Position numbers and translations under genes: made by a program
Assembly (NCBI GenBank): GCA_950097015.1
Contig: CATNEN010000003.1
Span: forward strand, 6,076,001 to 6,140,000
Source of the DNA: Macrostomum hystrix
Lineage: Eukaryota > Animalia > Platyhelminthes
DNA length: 64,000 nucleotides
Direction of reading: 5' to 3'
Shown: one piece after another, positions 35,959 to 47,100 of the stretch
How the letters are laid out: every line of letters starts with the position of its first letter
Numbering within the stretch: the stretch's first letter is position 1
Notes under the pieces: generated by a model
What the model was told of the DNA's origin: nothing
Databases searched by the model: none
The model's input: only the letters and a program-made list of their open reading frames with translations

Positions 35959-38900
35959 TCAGCGCTTATTCAACGGCACAGAGTTCTCATCGTCCTCTTG
36001 CTGTCCAATATCTGGTCCATTGCCGCCAGTCGAAGCAGCCACAGCAGCAGCAGCAGCAGCTGTGGCTCGTTTCTGACCAATGCCCCAGCGCCACCAGGTT
36101 AAGATTCGCTTCCAGTAGGACATGCACAGATAGCCAACTAGCTCCAATAGTTCGCAGAAGGTTAGCAAGGATATTCCACACCAGAGTCCGAGTGCTCCGC
36201 CCATCTCTGCTAAAAGATTATTAGCTGTATAGGAGATCTCCTCCTCGGTCATTAGGCCGTGCTCAACTGAGCTGCCAATTGTAATCCAAACCAGATTACT
36301 GCGAGCGGCGTCAATCATCTGTTGCATAGTTTGCACTACGCTGGCATTCTCTGTTGTGAGTATAGACTCAGCCTCCTTGTGAGTGAAGTAGAGCATTGAC
36401 AGGCCCAAATCTGGGCTGACCGTCTTTGGAAAGCCTTTCAGTGTTAGAAGCTTCTGCAGGGTCGTCATGAAGCCGTGATAGAATATGTCCGGCCAGTACT
36501 TGTTGATCTGTAGTTTGGGCAGGGGCAGTTAAAAGACTGGTTTATAAATTTGAGTTCAAGATGTTTGTGACTCCTGACCACACTCACACAGATGCTTGTG
36601 ACTACTGAGCATACTCACGCAGATGTTTATGACTCCTGACCACACTCACACAGATGCTTGTGACTCCTGCGCATACTCACGCAGATGTTTATGACTCCTG
36701 AGCACACTCAGACACATTTTTATGACCCTTGGCCCTGATGTGGAATTAGCTTACTAGAAAATTTATCCTACCTGTCGCTCGGATTACTTGTATTATAAAA
36801 GATATTCTTCCTTGTAATTCTTGAAAATTTTCAAACTAAACTTAAAGGTTAATGTTTGTCAGACGTTTTATTTGATTGTCTAATTATCTATAATTGCTGT
36901 CTACAAGAGGTCCACTAGAACTTATTTCTTTGCACAGACTCTCTTTGATTATCTAATAGTTAGTCGCAGATAGTCGCTTTTACTTTTCATACCGGAAATT
37001 AGTGACATACTTGACAAATCTTAATTATAGTAAGTGCTTGTCTTCTAGAAGTTTCCTTCTGTTCTTTGATTTCTGTGTGCGAGGGAGGAACTGAATAAAA
37101 CCGCAAGAGGTTGAATGTGTAGGAACATTGTAGGAATGTGTAGGAATGTGTAGGAACATACTTATCTCCAGTTTTTTGTAGTCTCAATAAGTCCTAACAA
37201 AAATGGATCGGGATTTCCCATAGCATCTGCGTCTGTTAGAATTATATAGATCCTCGGTGCATACGGAGCGCTCACTCACCTGCTGAATATTGTAGCGTTC
37301 AATTTCGCAACTAGCGGTACAGTGAGTCCAGCCTTCGCTGCTAATGTCCTCTAGACTGTTTATCAAATCCGCTGAGCACGAGTCGTCCTTAATTAATCGC
37401 CTCATCGCCGGACCGTAATCCTCCGTGCCGCTTGTGTTCCATTGGTAGCACCACGGGTATTTCAGGTACTTGGTCGGTATGGGCAGAAAATAGGGCAAGC
37501 ATTCGCATCGTCTAATGAATTTTGTTAGAATATAATCATTGATGCAGGTCTCTTGCGTATTGAGAAATGTCATTGTTAGATTCTTGAATTCTCTGCGGAA
37601 TAAGGGATGAGCAAATGAATGACAAAATGATATTGTTTGTCTTCTATAGTTGCTAGTTAATCGCTTGAAGCTTGGATAAGCTACTTCCTGCAGCTATACA
37701 TAATATCGCATTACATACTCTTGAAGGATACACTGTGAAGCCATGATGAATCGTGCCTTATCAACCGTTTACTTTATCTGCTCGTACTTTTCTAACTTTA
37801 GAATAGATGGCAGTGTCTTGAAAGTATTCGATTTATCAATCTATCAATCTATTTGAAGTAGACACTACAAAAATAGGAAAATAGTTTTCCTACCTATAAA
37901 ACGGATCTAGATTATCCATCGTTTCCGTCAGCTTCACATTAGCCTCATCTGGTTGCCTGTCACTCATTGGCCTACCCTCTGACGACCAGGTGGGTATAAA
38001 ATACTCGACGTATTCTTCATATCTGCCTGTTTTAAACGAGTCCTTGCAATTGGAATCTTTAATAGACACTCGTTTGTTTCTTTCATAGGCCAGTTTAAAC
38101 TCGATGTGACTGCCAGTGTTGGTTGTGTGAGCCAGTCCAATAGCTGGGAAGTGTCCTTTGGGCAAGATGAAGGTGTAGTAGCCGGCCTGACGAAGCTCCT
38201 CGCGACTTGCCGGTCCAGCCACAATGCCTTTGGTGTGCTCATAGCTTGGCGTAGTCTGGCCCTTGTAACTGTGATCGTCGGCAAATAGGCGTATGTTCAA
38301 CTTTCGTCTGGCCTGCTGTTTTGGGCTCAGGCCCTGTAGGAAACGTTCGCTTTTGAACTTGAAGCAGGCACCATAGTAGGGATGATGCACGGTATCGAAG
38401 TCGGCCGATGTGCACTTTACTGAGCCAAAGTGGCAGTCCAGTATCTCCGTCTTGCTCTCGTGGCCCAATAGTTTCGATAATATGTAGGGCTTGTGCTTAA
38501 TGTGCATCACGCCGTATATGCTTTGTATGTTGTTGGCTAAAATACAAGTGTTAGTATTTTGTTTATTTGTAATGGGTTATGTAAGGGTTCTGAGACTAAA
38601 CTCAGAATTTCTATAGTTAATCAAACTCTTAAATTGGTTGGTTTGGCGTCCCCCTAGTCCATGGACTGAACAGCCGTACGCAGCCTTCAGATGCGCTGTG
38701 CAATAGCTGCGGCTATGCTGTCGGCTGCACATCTGACCCAAGTATGGCAGGTGTAATCAATTATTATAAATTATTATAGCTGAGTTTCAACTAATACGAG
38801 CTACGTCATGCTTGTGAAACTTTTTACTCACTAAGAGCAAAATTAAAAGGTTTCACTTCGTTCTGCTCTATTACTTCATTTGGTTGGCTTCACAATTTAT

Positions 38901-40752
38901 TGTGTAGTCTGCTGAAAGCCAATAGCTCAAGCTAAACTGTACAACTAGCTCAAACTGTACAACTGCAGTAGAGTACAACTAGCTCAAACCGCACCCGTAA
39001 TAGCTGGCTGATGTGGTGCAGTGTATATATTATTACCGCAGCTGTGGATTGCGCAGAACTCCTTGCTGATATTGCCGCCTTGACCAGCCACCAGACACCA
39101 TGGTTGATTTTCGATATCGGTTGCGATTTCCTCGCCATCAATGAACAATGTATCGTCGCTTTTCCAATTAGTTCGGTGTGAGCTGTCTCTATAGAGAACT
39201 ACAGCTGAACGGCACATATTCTGCGCCTTCGACAGGTTGTCCATTTCTGGCAGGAACACCTTGTACTCAAAGTTGGCGTTGAGATTTTTGTAGTGCATGT
39301 CGAGCCTCTTGTTCTGCAGATCGTCCCAGTTCAGGCACGGTTTGCCAGACTTTGATATGCTAATATTGCCCATGTAGATTGGCTTGTTTGATTCTTGCGT
39401 AACACATTCCGTCTCCGGTCTATTGTTCATGGCTGAAGTTTGTTGATCAGAATGGTCTACAATTCTTAGGTTAAAATATAAGACCAGGTAGGTTATAAAA
39501 TGTCTTATACTTAAGCTTACCACACACTGGAGTGCCACAATAGTCGTAATCTACGTGGCCAGAATCCGTGCGATGAAAGCAGCCGGGTCCTTGAGACTCA
39601 AATGTAATCGCGTGTATTAAGTTGTTGGTAGTGCCTGCAAATATTTTTTAAAGAAGGGGATAGATAGGTGATACATCGCGATCTTCACTTCTTATTTTTA
39701 AAAGATAATTTTTCACCAAGACCATATTAAAATGTCGATAAGTCGTACCAATAAACGTTTTGAATGCGTGTACAGTCCAGTGATCGAATGGCGGCGTAGC
39801 ACATCTGCTGTGATTCCAATTTGGCGCCAGCTCCGATATATTGTTCATTGGCAGCGAGTTGTTGCTAAACCACTGGCGCAATTCTCGTTTCGCCTGGCTC
39901 CAATTTATACAGCTGACTCGTTTAGTAACTAGGGTCTTTAAATCGTAAACTAGAGCCTGAGAGAAGTCGCCTTCAAATTCTTGACCTGCTAGGGTGTGTC
40001 GGCAGACGGTTAGATCCTCTGAAAGTGGGATTTATTGGTAGATATTTGATTCACTAGAATATGTCAATGATGAGGCTTAAACAGAAAAATGTGCTTTGAA
40101 ATTTTAAGAATAGTTTTATTGTTTGATCTGACTTATGACTTAAGAAAGAAAAAAATGACATTTTAGATAGTTTTTTACCATGGTTATACTGCAGCATTGC
40201 GTCGGTGATGTTTCTTTGCCACTTGATCAGTTCACTATTGAGCGCCTGAACGTGCCTAGTCTCCTTGGGATTTTCAACTTCTTTGCGCAGCATTCTCATG
40301 AAGTCTTGCATGGCCGTGGCTCTGTAGACAATGGCATATCGACCGGTATTACGAATGGCGTTTAACGACTTACTGTAGCTAACCGGATTAGTGTTGCACA
40401 GGTAGATGTCCGGATAGCGAAAATCGATATTGGGATCAAGCTTTGTTGATCGCGGCTGGTTAAAAAATGTGCTAATTAATAGCATTGTGTGAAGAGTTAA
40501 TCCCGTGTAAGCACTGATGATAAACACAATCCAAAGTAGTCGACCCACGTTGCCCCTGGTCGAGGTCGTAAGCCTGGCTATACCGTGGGCCGTTGTGTAG
40601 GCAGCGAAAGCCTTTAAGAAGCTGTTGCCACGCTCTTTTCCGCTGCTGTCTTCTTCGACTAATTGCTCCATGCTGCTCACACTTGGAATCGTTGACAGAG
40701 AGAAAAAAGCTTGAGACCTAGTAGGTCTCTCCGCAGAGATGACGGCTTTCAT
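35959..40752 (-). CDS. DEG/ENaC subunit 2 carrying two extracellular kringle domains; complement(join(35959-36507, 37280-37592, 37894-38536, 39037-39456, 39521-39634, 39749-40018, 40179-40752)), about 960 aa (alternative start at 40671)
   Basis: TTAHGI, TM1 RLLWIVFII, YPDIYLCNTNP, ILDCHFGSVKC, HPYYGACFKF, CECLPYFLP...C, CTASC, KYWP, TM2 LLAEMGGALGLWCGIS. All six introns are GT-AG and the summed exons (2883 nt) keep one open frame. Confidence 0.9.
36558..36725. repeat. Imperfect minisatellite of about 30 bp in the last ENaC2 intron
   Basis: GATGTTTATGACTCCTGACCACACTCACACA-like units, about 5 copies. Confidence 0.75.
38636..38770 (+). mobile_element. SINE family B 3' portion in an ENaC2 intron
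   Basis: GGCGTCCCCTAGTCCATGGACTGAACAGCCGTACGCAGCCTTCAGATGCGC...CAATAGCTGCGGCT is shared with 62314-62385 and 63865-63930. Confidence 0.75.
39038..39406 (-). other. Kringle-like domain 2 (single exon 39037-39456)
   Basis: ECVTQ...YMGNISISKSGKPCLNW...AQNMCRS...QPWCLV...KEFCAIHSC matches the kringle consensus (YxG-x-x-S-x-T/S-x-SGxxCxxW, NxCR, PWC, ExCxIxxC). Confidence 0.9.
39522..40004 (-). other. Kringle-like domain 1, split over exons 39749-40018 and 39521-39634
   Basis: Spliced translation CRHTLAGQEFEGDFS...SCINW...NHSRCATPP...GPGCF...DYDYCGTPVC: six Cys in kringle order with the G-x-x-F/Y-x-G, CxxW, GPxCF and DYCxxPxC motifs. Confidence 0.8.
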
Positions 40753-41174
40753 ATCCGGAATTTTCCCTGCACTGATATGCTGCTCTGTGATTGGTCAGTT
40801 CGGGTAGGAAAAACATTCTGAGTCCACTAGTGGTTGGCTTTTGCCAGCTAACGACTTGGCTTTGAATTCAAGGATTTTTCAAATGCGTACTGAGTAAATG
40901 CGGTTGCGTTAAATAAAAATTAAATTTATGACAGCGCCAAATTCTTTTGACAGGTAATTTGTATAATACTTTGTCTCTTAGTAGATAAATATAAATTATT
41001 TAACGCGTGCAGCCAGTAGATTCTTAGCATGTGAAAAAATTGATTGATGGTTACTTTTTAAATATGATAAACGCATATACCTGTTCGAACTGTGAATTTC
41101 AGAAACGAACAGAATGAGTTTTACGCAATAAATAAAAAAGCCTAAACTAAAGCTGATAAATTTCAATCGACAAG

Positions 41175-44100
41175 ATGGCGACGTCATCTTCGTCGTCTGG
41201 AGACTCGGAACCAGCCCAACAGAGAAGCAATGTGATTGAGGTCAACGACAACAAGGCCGGTATGTCGGGCATTGACAAAGCTCGAATCGGTAAAATAATA
41301 GAAGAGGCCTCCCGCGGCTCCAAGTTCTACCAGCGTCAGGAGGCTAAAAAAGCATCGGACGCGAAACGCGCCGCTGAAACTCGTCGAAAAATCGACGCCT
41401 TATCTAGCGACGCTCTAGCCGCCGGTGAGAAAGCCGGCGACGCGGAGATTCGTCGCGCAATGTCCGGCTCGGATTTTAGTAGAACGCACGTCCATTTAGA
41501 TATGGACGCTTTCTATGCGGCAGTTGAAATGTTGGATAATCCCCGATTGCGTCACGTACCAATGGCTGTTGGCGGCAACGACATGCTGAGTACCAGTAAT
41601 TATGCAGCTAGGCGATTCGGTGTTCGAGCCGCTATGCCAGGGTTCATTGCAAAAAAGCTGTGTCCTCAGCTTGTCATTGTGCCGTGCCGTTTTAAAAGGT
41701 AAGTCTTTAAAGGTAGTTTTAAAAGTCGTTTAAATGTATCCCATAGACACATGCTACCTTTTATCATTCTTATTGCGTGAACTTTGCATAAATCCTCTGC
41801 GAGTATAATATTTCACTCCATAGTCACATGATCCAGTGAATTGAATTTCTCTGGCTTTTTAAGAGGCGCGTTATTTTTCTCACTGTAATCACAGCTTCTC
41901 ACAGTCGCATCTGGATGTCTCTTTGACGCTTCGTAGTGAATTTCCAGGCAAATTTTCTTTAATTCTGCCTTTTCTTGTCACTTGTAATCAATCCACCTTT
42001 TTGCTTTTAAAATTTTATTTGAAGATTGGCAAAACTAGGATGTTTGATCGGATTTTCAAACATTTCAGCGCGTTATAAAATGCTTAACTATGGCCTTCTT
42101 TATCTGACAGGTATAAAGAGGTGAGTCGTCAGGTGCAGGAAGTCTTAGCCGATTACGATCCACAGTTTTCGGCCGCCAGCCTAGATGAAGCCTACCTGGA
42201 TATCACTGATCATTTAACTACTAGGCTGGAGCGAAATATTTTACCTGGCCCTCAGATAACCTGCCAGTGTTCTGGCCAAGCTACTCTTAGTAGTGCGAAC
42301 GCGGCAGTTATTTCTGAAGCGACTTTAAATACCAATTCAAATTCAAACTCGAACGCTTTCTTTGACATTGTGCATTCTGATGAAGATGTGAACCCGGATG
42401 CGACCGCGGATGTATCCAATGACGCTGGTGTACTTCAGGATTCTGTTGCAAAATCTGATGGTAACGATATGATTATTAAATCGGAAGCCCTTGCTAGTGG
42501 CGTGGACTTGTCGAACAATGCCACCGCTGGAACGGACTCAAGAACTCGTGTCTGTCCTGACTGTCATCGCGCGGCACTGGCAGGCCGGCGCGAGTTTGGC
42601 GCCGGTGCCGTCGAAGCCGTGGCCGAGCTTCGCTATCGAGTGTTCCTAGCCACCGGACTGACGGCTAGCGCCGGTATCGGACCGAATCCCATGATCGCTA
42701 AAATTGGATCGGATTTTAACAAACCAAATGGTCAGTATCGAGTCGACAGTAGTCCAGATCGAGTATTGGAATTCATTCGTCCTCTGCCTGTGCGTAAAGT
42801 GCCCGGGATTGGACGCGTTGCCGAGTCATGGCTGTCTAGCCTGGGTGTAGGCACCTGTCGCGAGCTTTACGAGCGTCGCGGCGCACTGTACCACGTCTGC
42901 CGACCGCTGACCTTTCAGTTCTACATGCGGGCCTGCGTTGGTGTTGGCGGCGGTTTTGGCTACGGGGTAAGATGCAAATAAATAGTACTCAAATGTGCTC
43001 TCAGTGGTCCTCTTATGGTTGTGGCTCCATAATTTAATCTTCGAAATCTTCTAATTTTCACACCCTTCCTTGGTGCGCTATTCCTTTGTTGTCCTCTAGA
43101 TTCTCTCTTCGTGCTCATTAGATGTTCTCTTTGTGGTCCTTTCCTTGTGAACTTTGATGTTCTGTTTTTGGTTCTTTTGATGTCCTTTTCTTTGTCATTT
43201 GATGTTCTCTTCGTGGTCATTTGATGTTCTCTTCTTGGTCATTTGATGTTCTCTTCTTGGTCATTTGATGTTCTCTTCTTAGTCATTTGATGTTCTCTTC
43301 TTGGTCAGTTGATGTTATCTTCTTGGTCATTTGATGTTCTCTTCTTGGTCAGTTGATGTTCTCTTCTTGGTAATTTGATGTTCTCTTCTTGGTCATTTGA
43401 TGTTCTCTTCTTAGTAATTTGATGTTCTCTTCTTAGTCATTTGATGTTCTCTTCTTGGTCAGTTGATGTTATCTTCTTGGTCATTTGATGTTCTCTTCTT
43501 GGTCATTTGATGTTCTCTTCTTGGTCATTTGATGTTCTCTTCTTAGTCATTTGATGTTCTCTTCTTGGTCAGTTGATGTTATCTTCTTGGTCATTTGATG
43601 TTCTCTTCTTGGTCAGTTGATGTTCTCTTCTTGGTCATTTGATGTTCTCTTCTTAGTCATTTGATGTTCTCTTCTTGGTCAGTTGATGTTCTCTTCTTGG
43701 TCATTTGATGTTCTCTTCTTGGTCAGTTGATGTTCTCTTCTTGGTCATTTGATGTTCTCTTCTTGGTCAGTTGATGTTCTCTTCTTGGTCATTTGATGTT
43801 CTCTTCTTAGTCATTTGATGTTCTCTTCTTAGTAATTTGATGTTCTCTTCTTAGTCATTTGATGTTCTCTTCTTGGTCAGTTGATGTTCTCTTCTTGGTC
43901 ATTTGATGTTCTCTTCTTGGTCATTTGATGTTCTCTTCTTGGTCATTTGATGTTCTCTTCTTGGTCATTTGATGTTCTCTTCTTGGTCATTTGATGTTCT
44001 CTTCTTGGTCATTTGATGTTCTCTTCTTAGTCATTTGATGTTCTCTTCTTGGTCAGTTGATGTTATCTTCTTGGTCATTTGATGTTCTCTTCTTGGTCAG

Positions 44101-47100
44101 TTGATGTTCTCTTCTTGGTCATTTGATGTTCTCTTCTTAGTAATTTGATGTTCTCTTCTTAGTAATTTGATGTTCTCTTCTTAGTCATTTGATATTCTCT
44201 TCTTAGTAATTTGATGTTCTCTTCTTGGTCAGTTGATGTTATCTTCTTGGTCATTTGATGTTCTCTTCTTAGTAATTTGATGTTCTCTTCTTAGTAATTT
44301 GATGTTCTCTTCTTGGTCAGTTGATGTTCTCTTCTTGGTCATTTGATGTTCTCTTCTTGGTCAGTTGATGTTCTCTTCTTGGTCATTTGATGTTCTCTTC
44401 TTGGTCAGTTGATGTTCTCTTCTTGGTCATTTGATGTTCTCTTCTTAGTAATTTGATGTTCTCTTCTTAGTCATTTGATGTTCTCTTCTTGGTCAGTTGA
44501 TGTTCTCTTCTTGGTCATTTGATGTTCTCTTCTTGGTCATTTGATGTTCTCTTCTTAGTCATTTGATGTTCTCTTCTTAGTCATTTGATGTTCTCTTCTT
44601 GGTCATTTGATGTTCTCTTCTTGGTCAGTTGATGTTCTCTTCTTAGTCATTTGATGTTCTCTTCTTAGTCATTTGATGTTCTCTTCTTGGTCAGTTGATG
44701 TTCTCTTCTTGGTCATTTGATGTTCTCTTCTTGGTCAGTTGATGTTATCTTCTTGGTCATTTGATGTTCTCTTCTTGGTCAGTTGATGTTCTCTTCTTGG
44801 TAATTTGATGTTCTCTTCTTGGTCATTTGATGTTCTCTTCTTAGTAATTTGATGTTCTCTTCTTAGTCATTTGATGTTCTCTTCTTGGTCAGTTGATGTT
44901 ATCTTCTTGGTCATTTGATGTTCTCTTCTTGGTCATTTGATGTTCTTTTCTTGGTCATTTGATGTTCTCTTCTTAGTCATTTGATGTTCTCTTCTTGGTC
45001 AGTTGATGTTATCTTCTTGGTCATTTGATGTTCTCTTCTTGGTCAGTTGATGTTCTCTTCTTGGTCATTTGATGTTCTCTTCTTAGTCATTTGATGTTCT
45101 CTTCTTGGTCAGTTGATGTTCTCTTCTTGGTCATTTGATGTTCTCTTCTTGGTCAGTTGATGTTCTCTTCTTGGTCATTTGATGTTCTCTTCTTGGTCAG
45201 TTGATGTTCTCTTCTTGGTCATTTGATGTTCTCTTCTTAGTCATTTGATGTTCTCTTCTTAGTAATTTGATGTTTTCTTCTTAGTCATTTGATGTTCTCT
45301 TCTTGGTCAGTTGATGTTCTCTTCTTGGTCATTTGATGTTCTCTTCTTGGTCATTTGATGTTCTCTTCTTGGTCATTTGATGTTCTCTTCTTGGTCATTT
45401 GATGTTCTCTTCTTGGTCATTTGATGTTCTCTTCTTGGTCATTTGATGTTCTCTTCTTAGTCATTTGATGTTCTCTTCTTGGTCAGTTGATGTTATCTTC
45501 TTGGTCATTTGATGTTCTCTTCTTGGTCAGTTGATGTTCTCTTCTTGGTCATTTGATGTTCTCTTCTTAGTAATTTGATGTTCTCTTCTTAGTAATTTGA
45601 TGTTCTCTTCTTAGTCATTTGATATTCTCTTCTTAGTAATTTGATGTTCTCTTCTTGGTCAGTTGATGTTATCTTCTTGGTCATTTGATGTTCTCTTCTT
45701 AGTAATTTGATGTTCTCTTCTTAGTAATTTGATGTTCTCTTCTTGGTCAGTTGATGTTCTCTTCTTGGTCATTTGATGTTCTCTTCTTGGTCAGTTGATG
45801 TTCTCTTCTTGGTCATTTGATGTTCTCTTCTTGGTCAGTTGATGTTCTCTTCTTGGTCATTTGATGTTCTCTTCTTAGTAATTTGATGTTCTCTTCTTAG
45901 TCATTTGATGTTCTCTTCTTGGTCAGTTGATGTTCTCTTCTTGGTCATTTGATGTTCTCTTCTTGGTCATTTGATGTTCTCTTCTTAGTCATTTGATGTT
46001 CTCTTCTTAGTCATTTGATGTTCTCTTCTTGGTCATTTGATGTTCTCTTCTTGGTCAGTTGATGTTCTCTTCTTAGTCATTTGATGTTCTCTTCTTAGTC
46101 ATTTGATGTTCTCTTCTTGGTCAGTTGATGTTCTCTTCTTGGTCATTTGATGTTCTCTTCTTAGTCATTTGATGTTCTCTTCTTAGTCATTTGATGTTCT
46201 CTTCTTAGTAATTTGATGTTCTCTTCTTGGTCATTTGATGTTCTCTTCTTAGTCATTTGATGTTCTCTTCTTGGTCAGTTGATGTTCTCTTCTTGGTCAT
46301 TTGATGTTCTCTTCTTAGTCATTTGATGTTCTCTTCTTAGTCATTTGATGTTCTCTTCTTAGTAATTTGATGTTCTCTTCTTGGTCATTTGATGTTCTCT
46401 TCTTAGTCATTTGATGTTCTCTTCTTAGTAATTTGATGTTCTCTTCTTGGTCATTTGATGTTCTCTTCTTAGTAATTTGATGTTCTCTTCTTAGTCATTT
46501 GATGTTCTCTTCTTAGTAATTTGATGTTCTCTTCTTAGTCATTTGATGTTCTCTTCTTAGTCATTTGATGTTCTCTTCTTAGTCATTTGATGTTCTCTTC
46601 TTGGTCATTTGATGTTCTCTTCTTGGTCAGTTGATGTTCTCTTCTTGGTCATTTGATGTTCTCTTCTTGGTCAGTTGATGTTCTCTTCTTGGTCATTTGA
46701 TGTTCTCTTCTTAGTCATTTGATGTTCTCTTCTTAGTAATTTGATGTTCTCTTCTTAGTCATTTGATGTTCTCTTCTTGGTCAGTTGATGTTCTCTTCTT
46801 GGTCATTTGATGTTCTCTTCTTGGTCATTTGATGTTCTCTTCTTGGTCATTTGATGTTCTCTTCTTGGTCATTTGATGTTCTCTTCTTGGTCATTTGATG
46901 TTCTCTTCTTGGTCATTTGATGTTCTCTTCTTAGTCATTTGATGTTCTCTTCTTGGTCAGTTGATGTTATCTTCTTGGTCATTTGATGTTCTCTTCTTGG
47001 TCAGTTGATGTTCTCTTCTTGGTCATTTGATGTTCTCTTCTTAGTAATTTGATGTTCTCTTCTTAGTAATTTGATGTTCTCTTCTTAGTCATTTGATATT

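Noticed and set aside
38984-39538. Stand-alone secreted kringle gene nested in the channel gene
   Set aside because: The ORF start is a GTG within the upstream exon and reads through an intron; flanking splice sites join it in frame to the channel exons.
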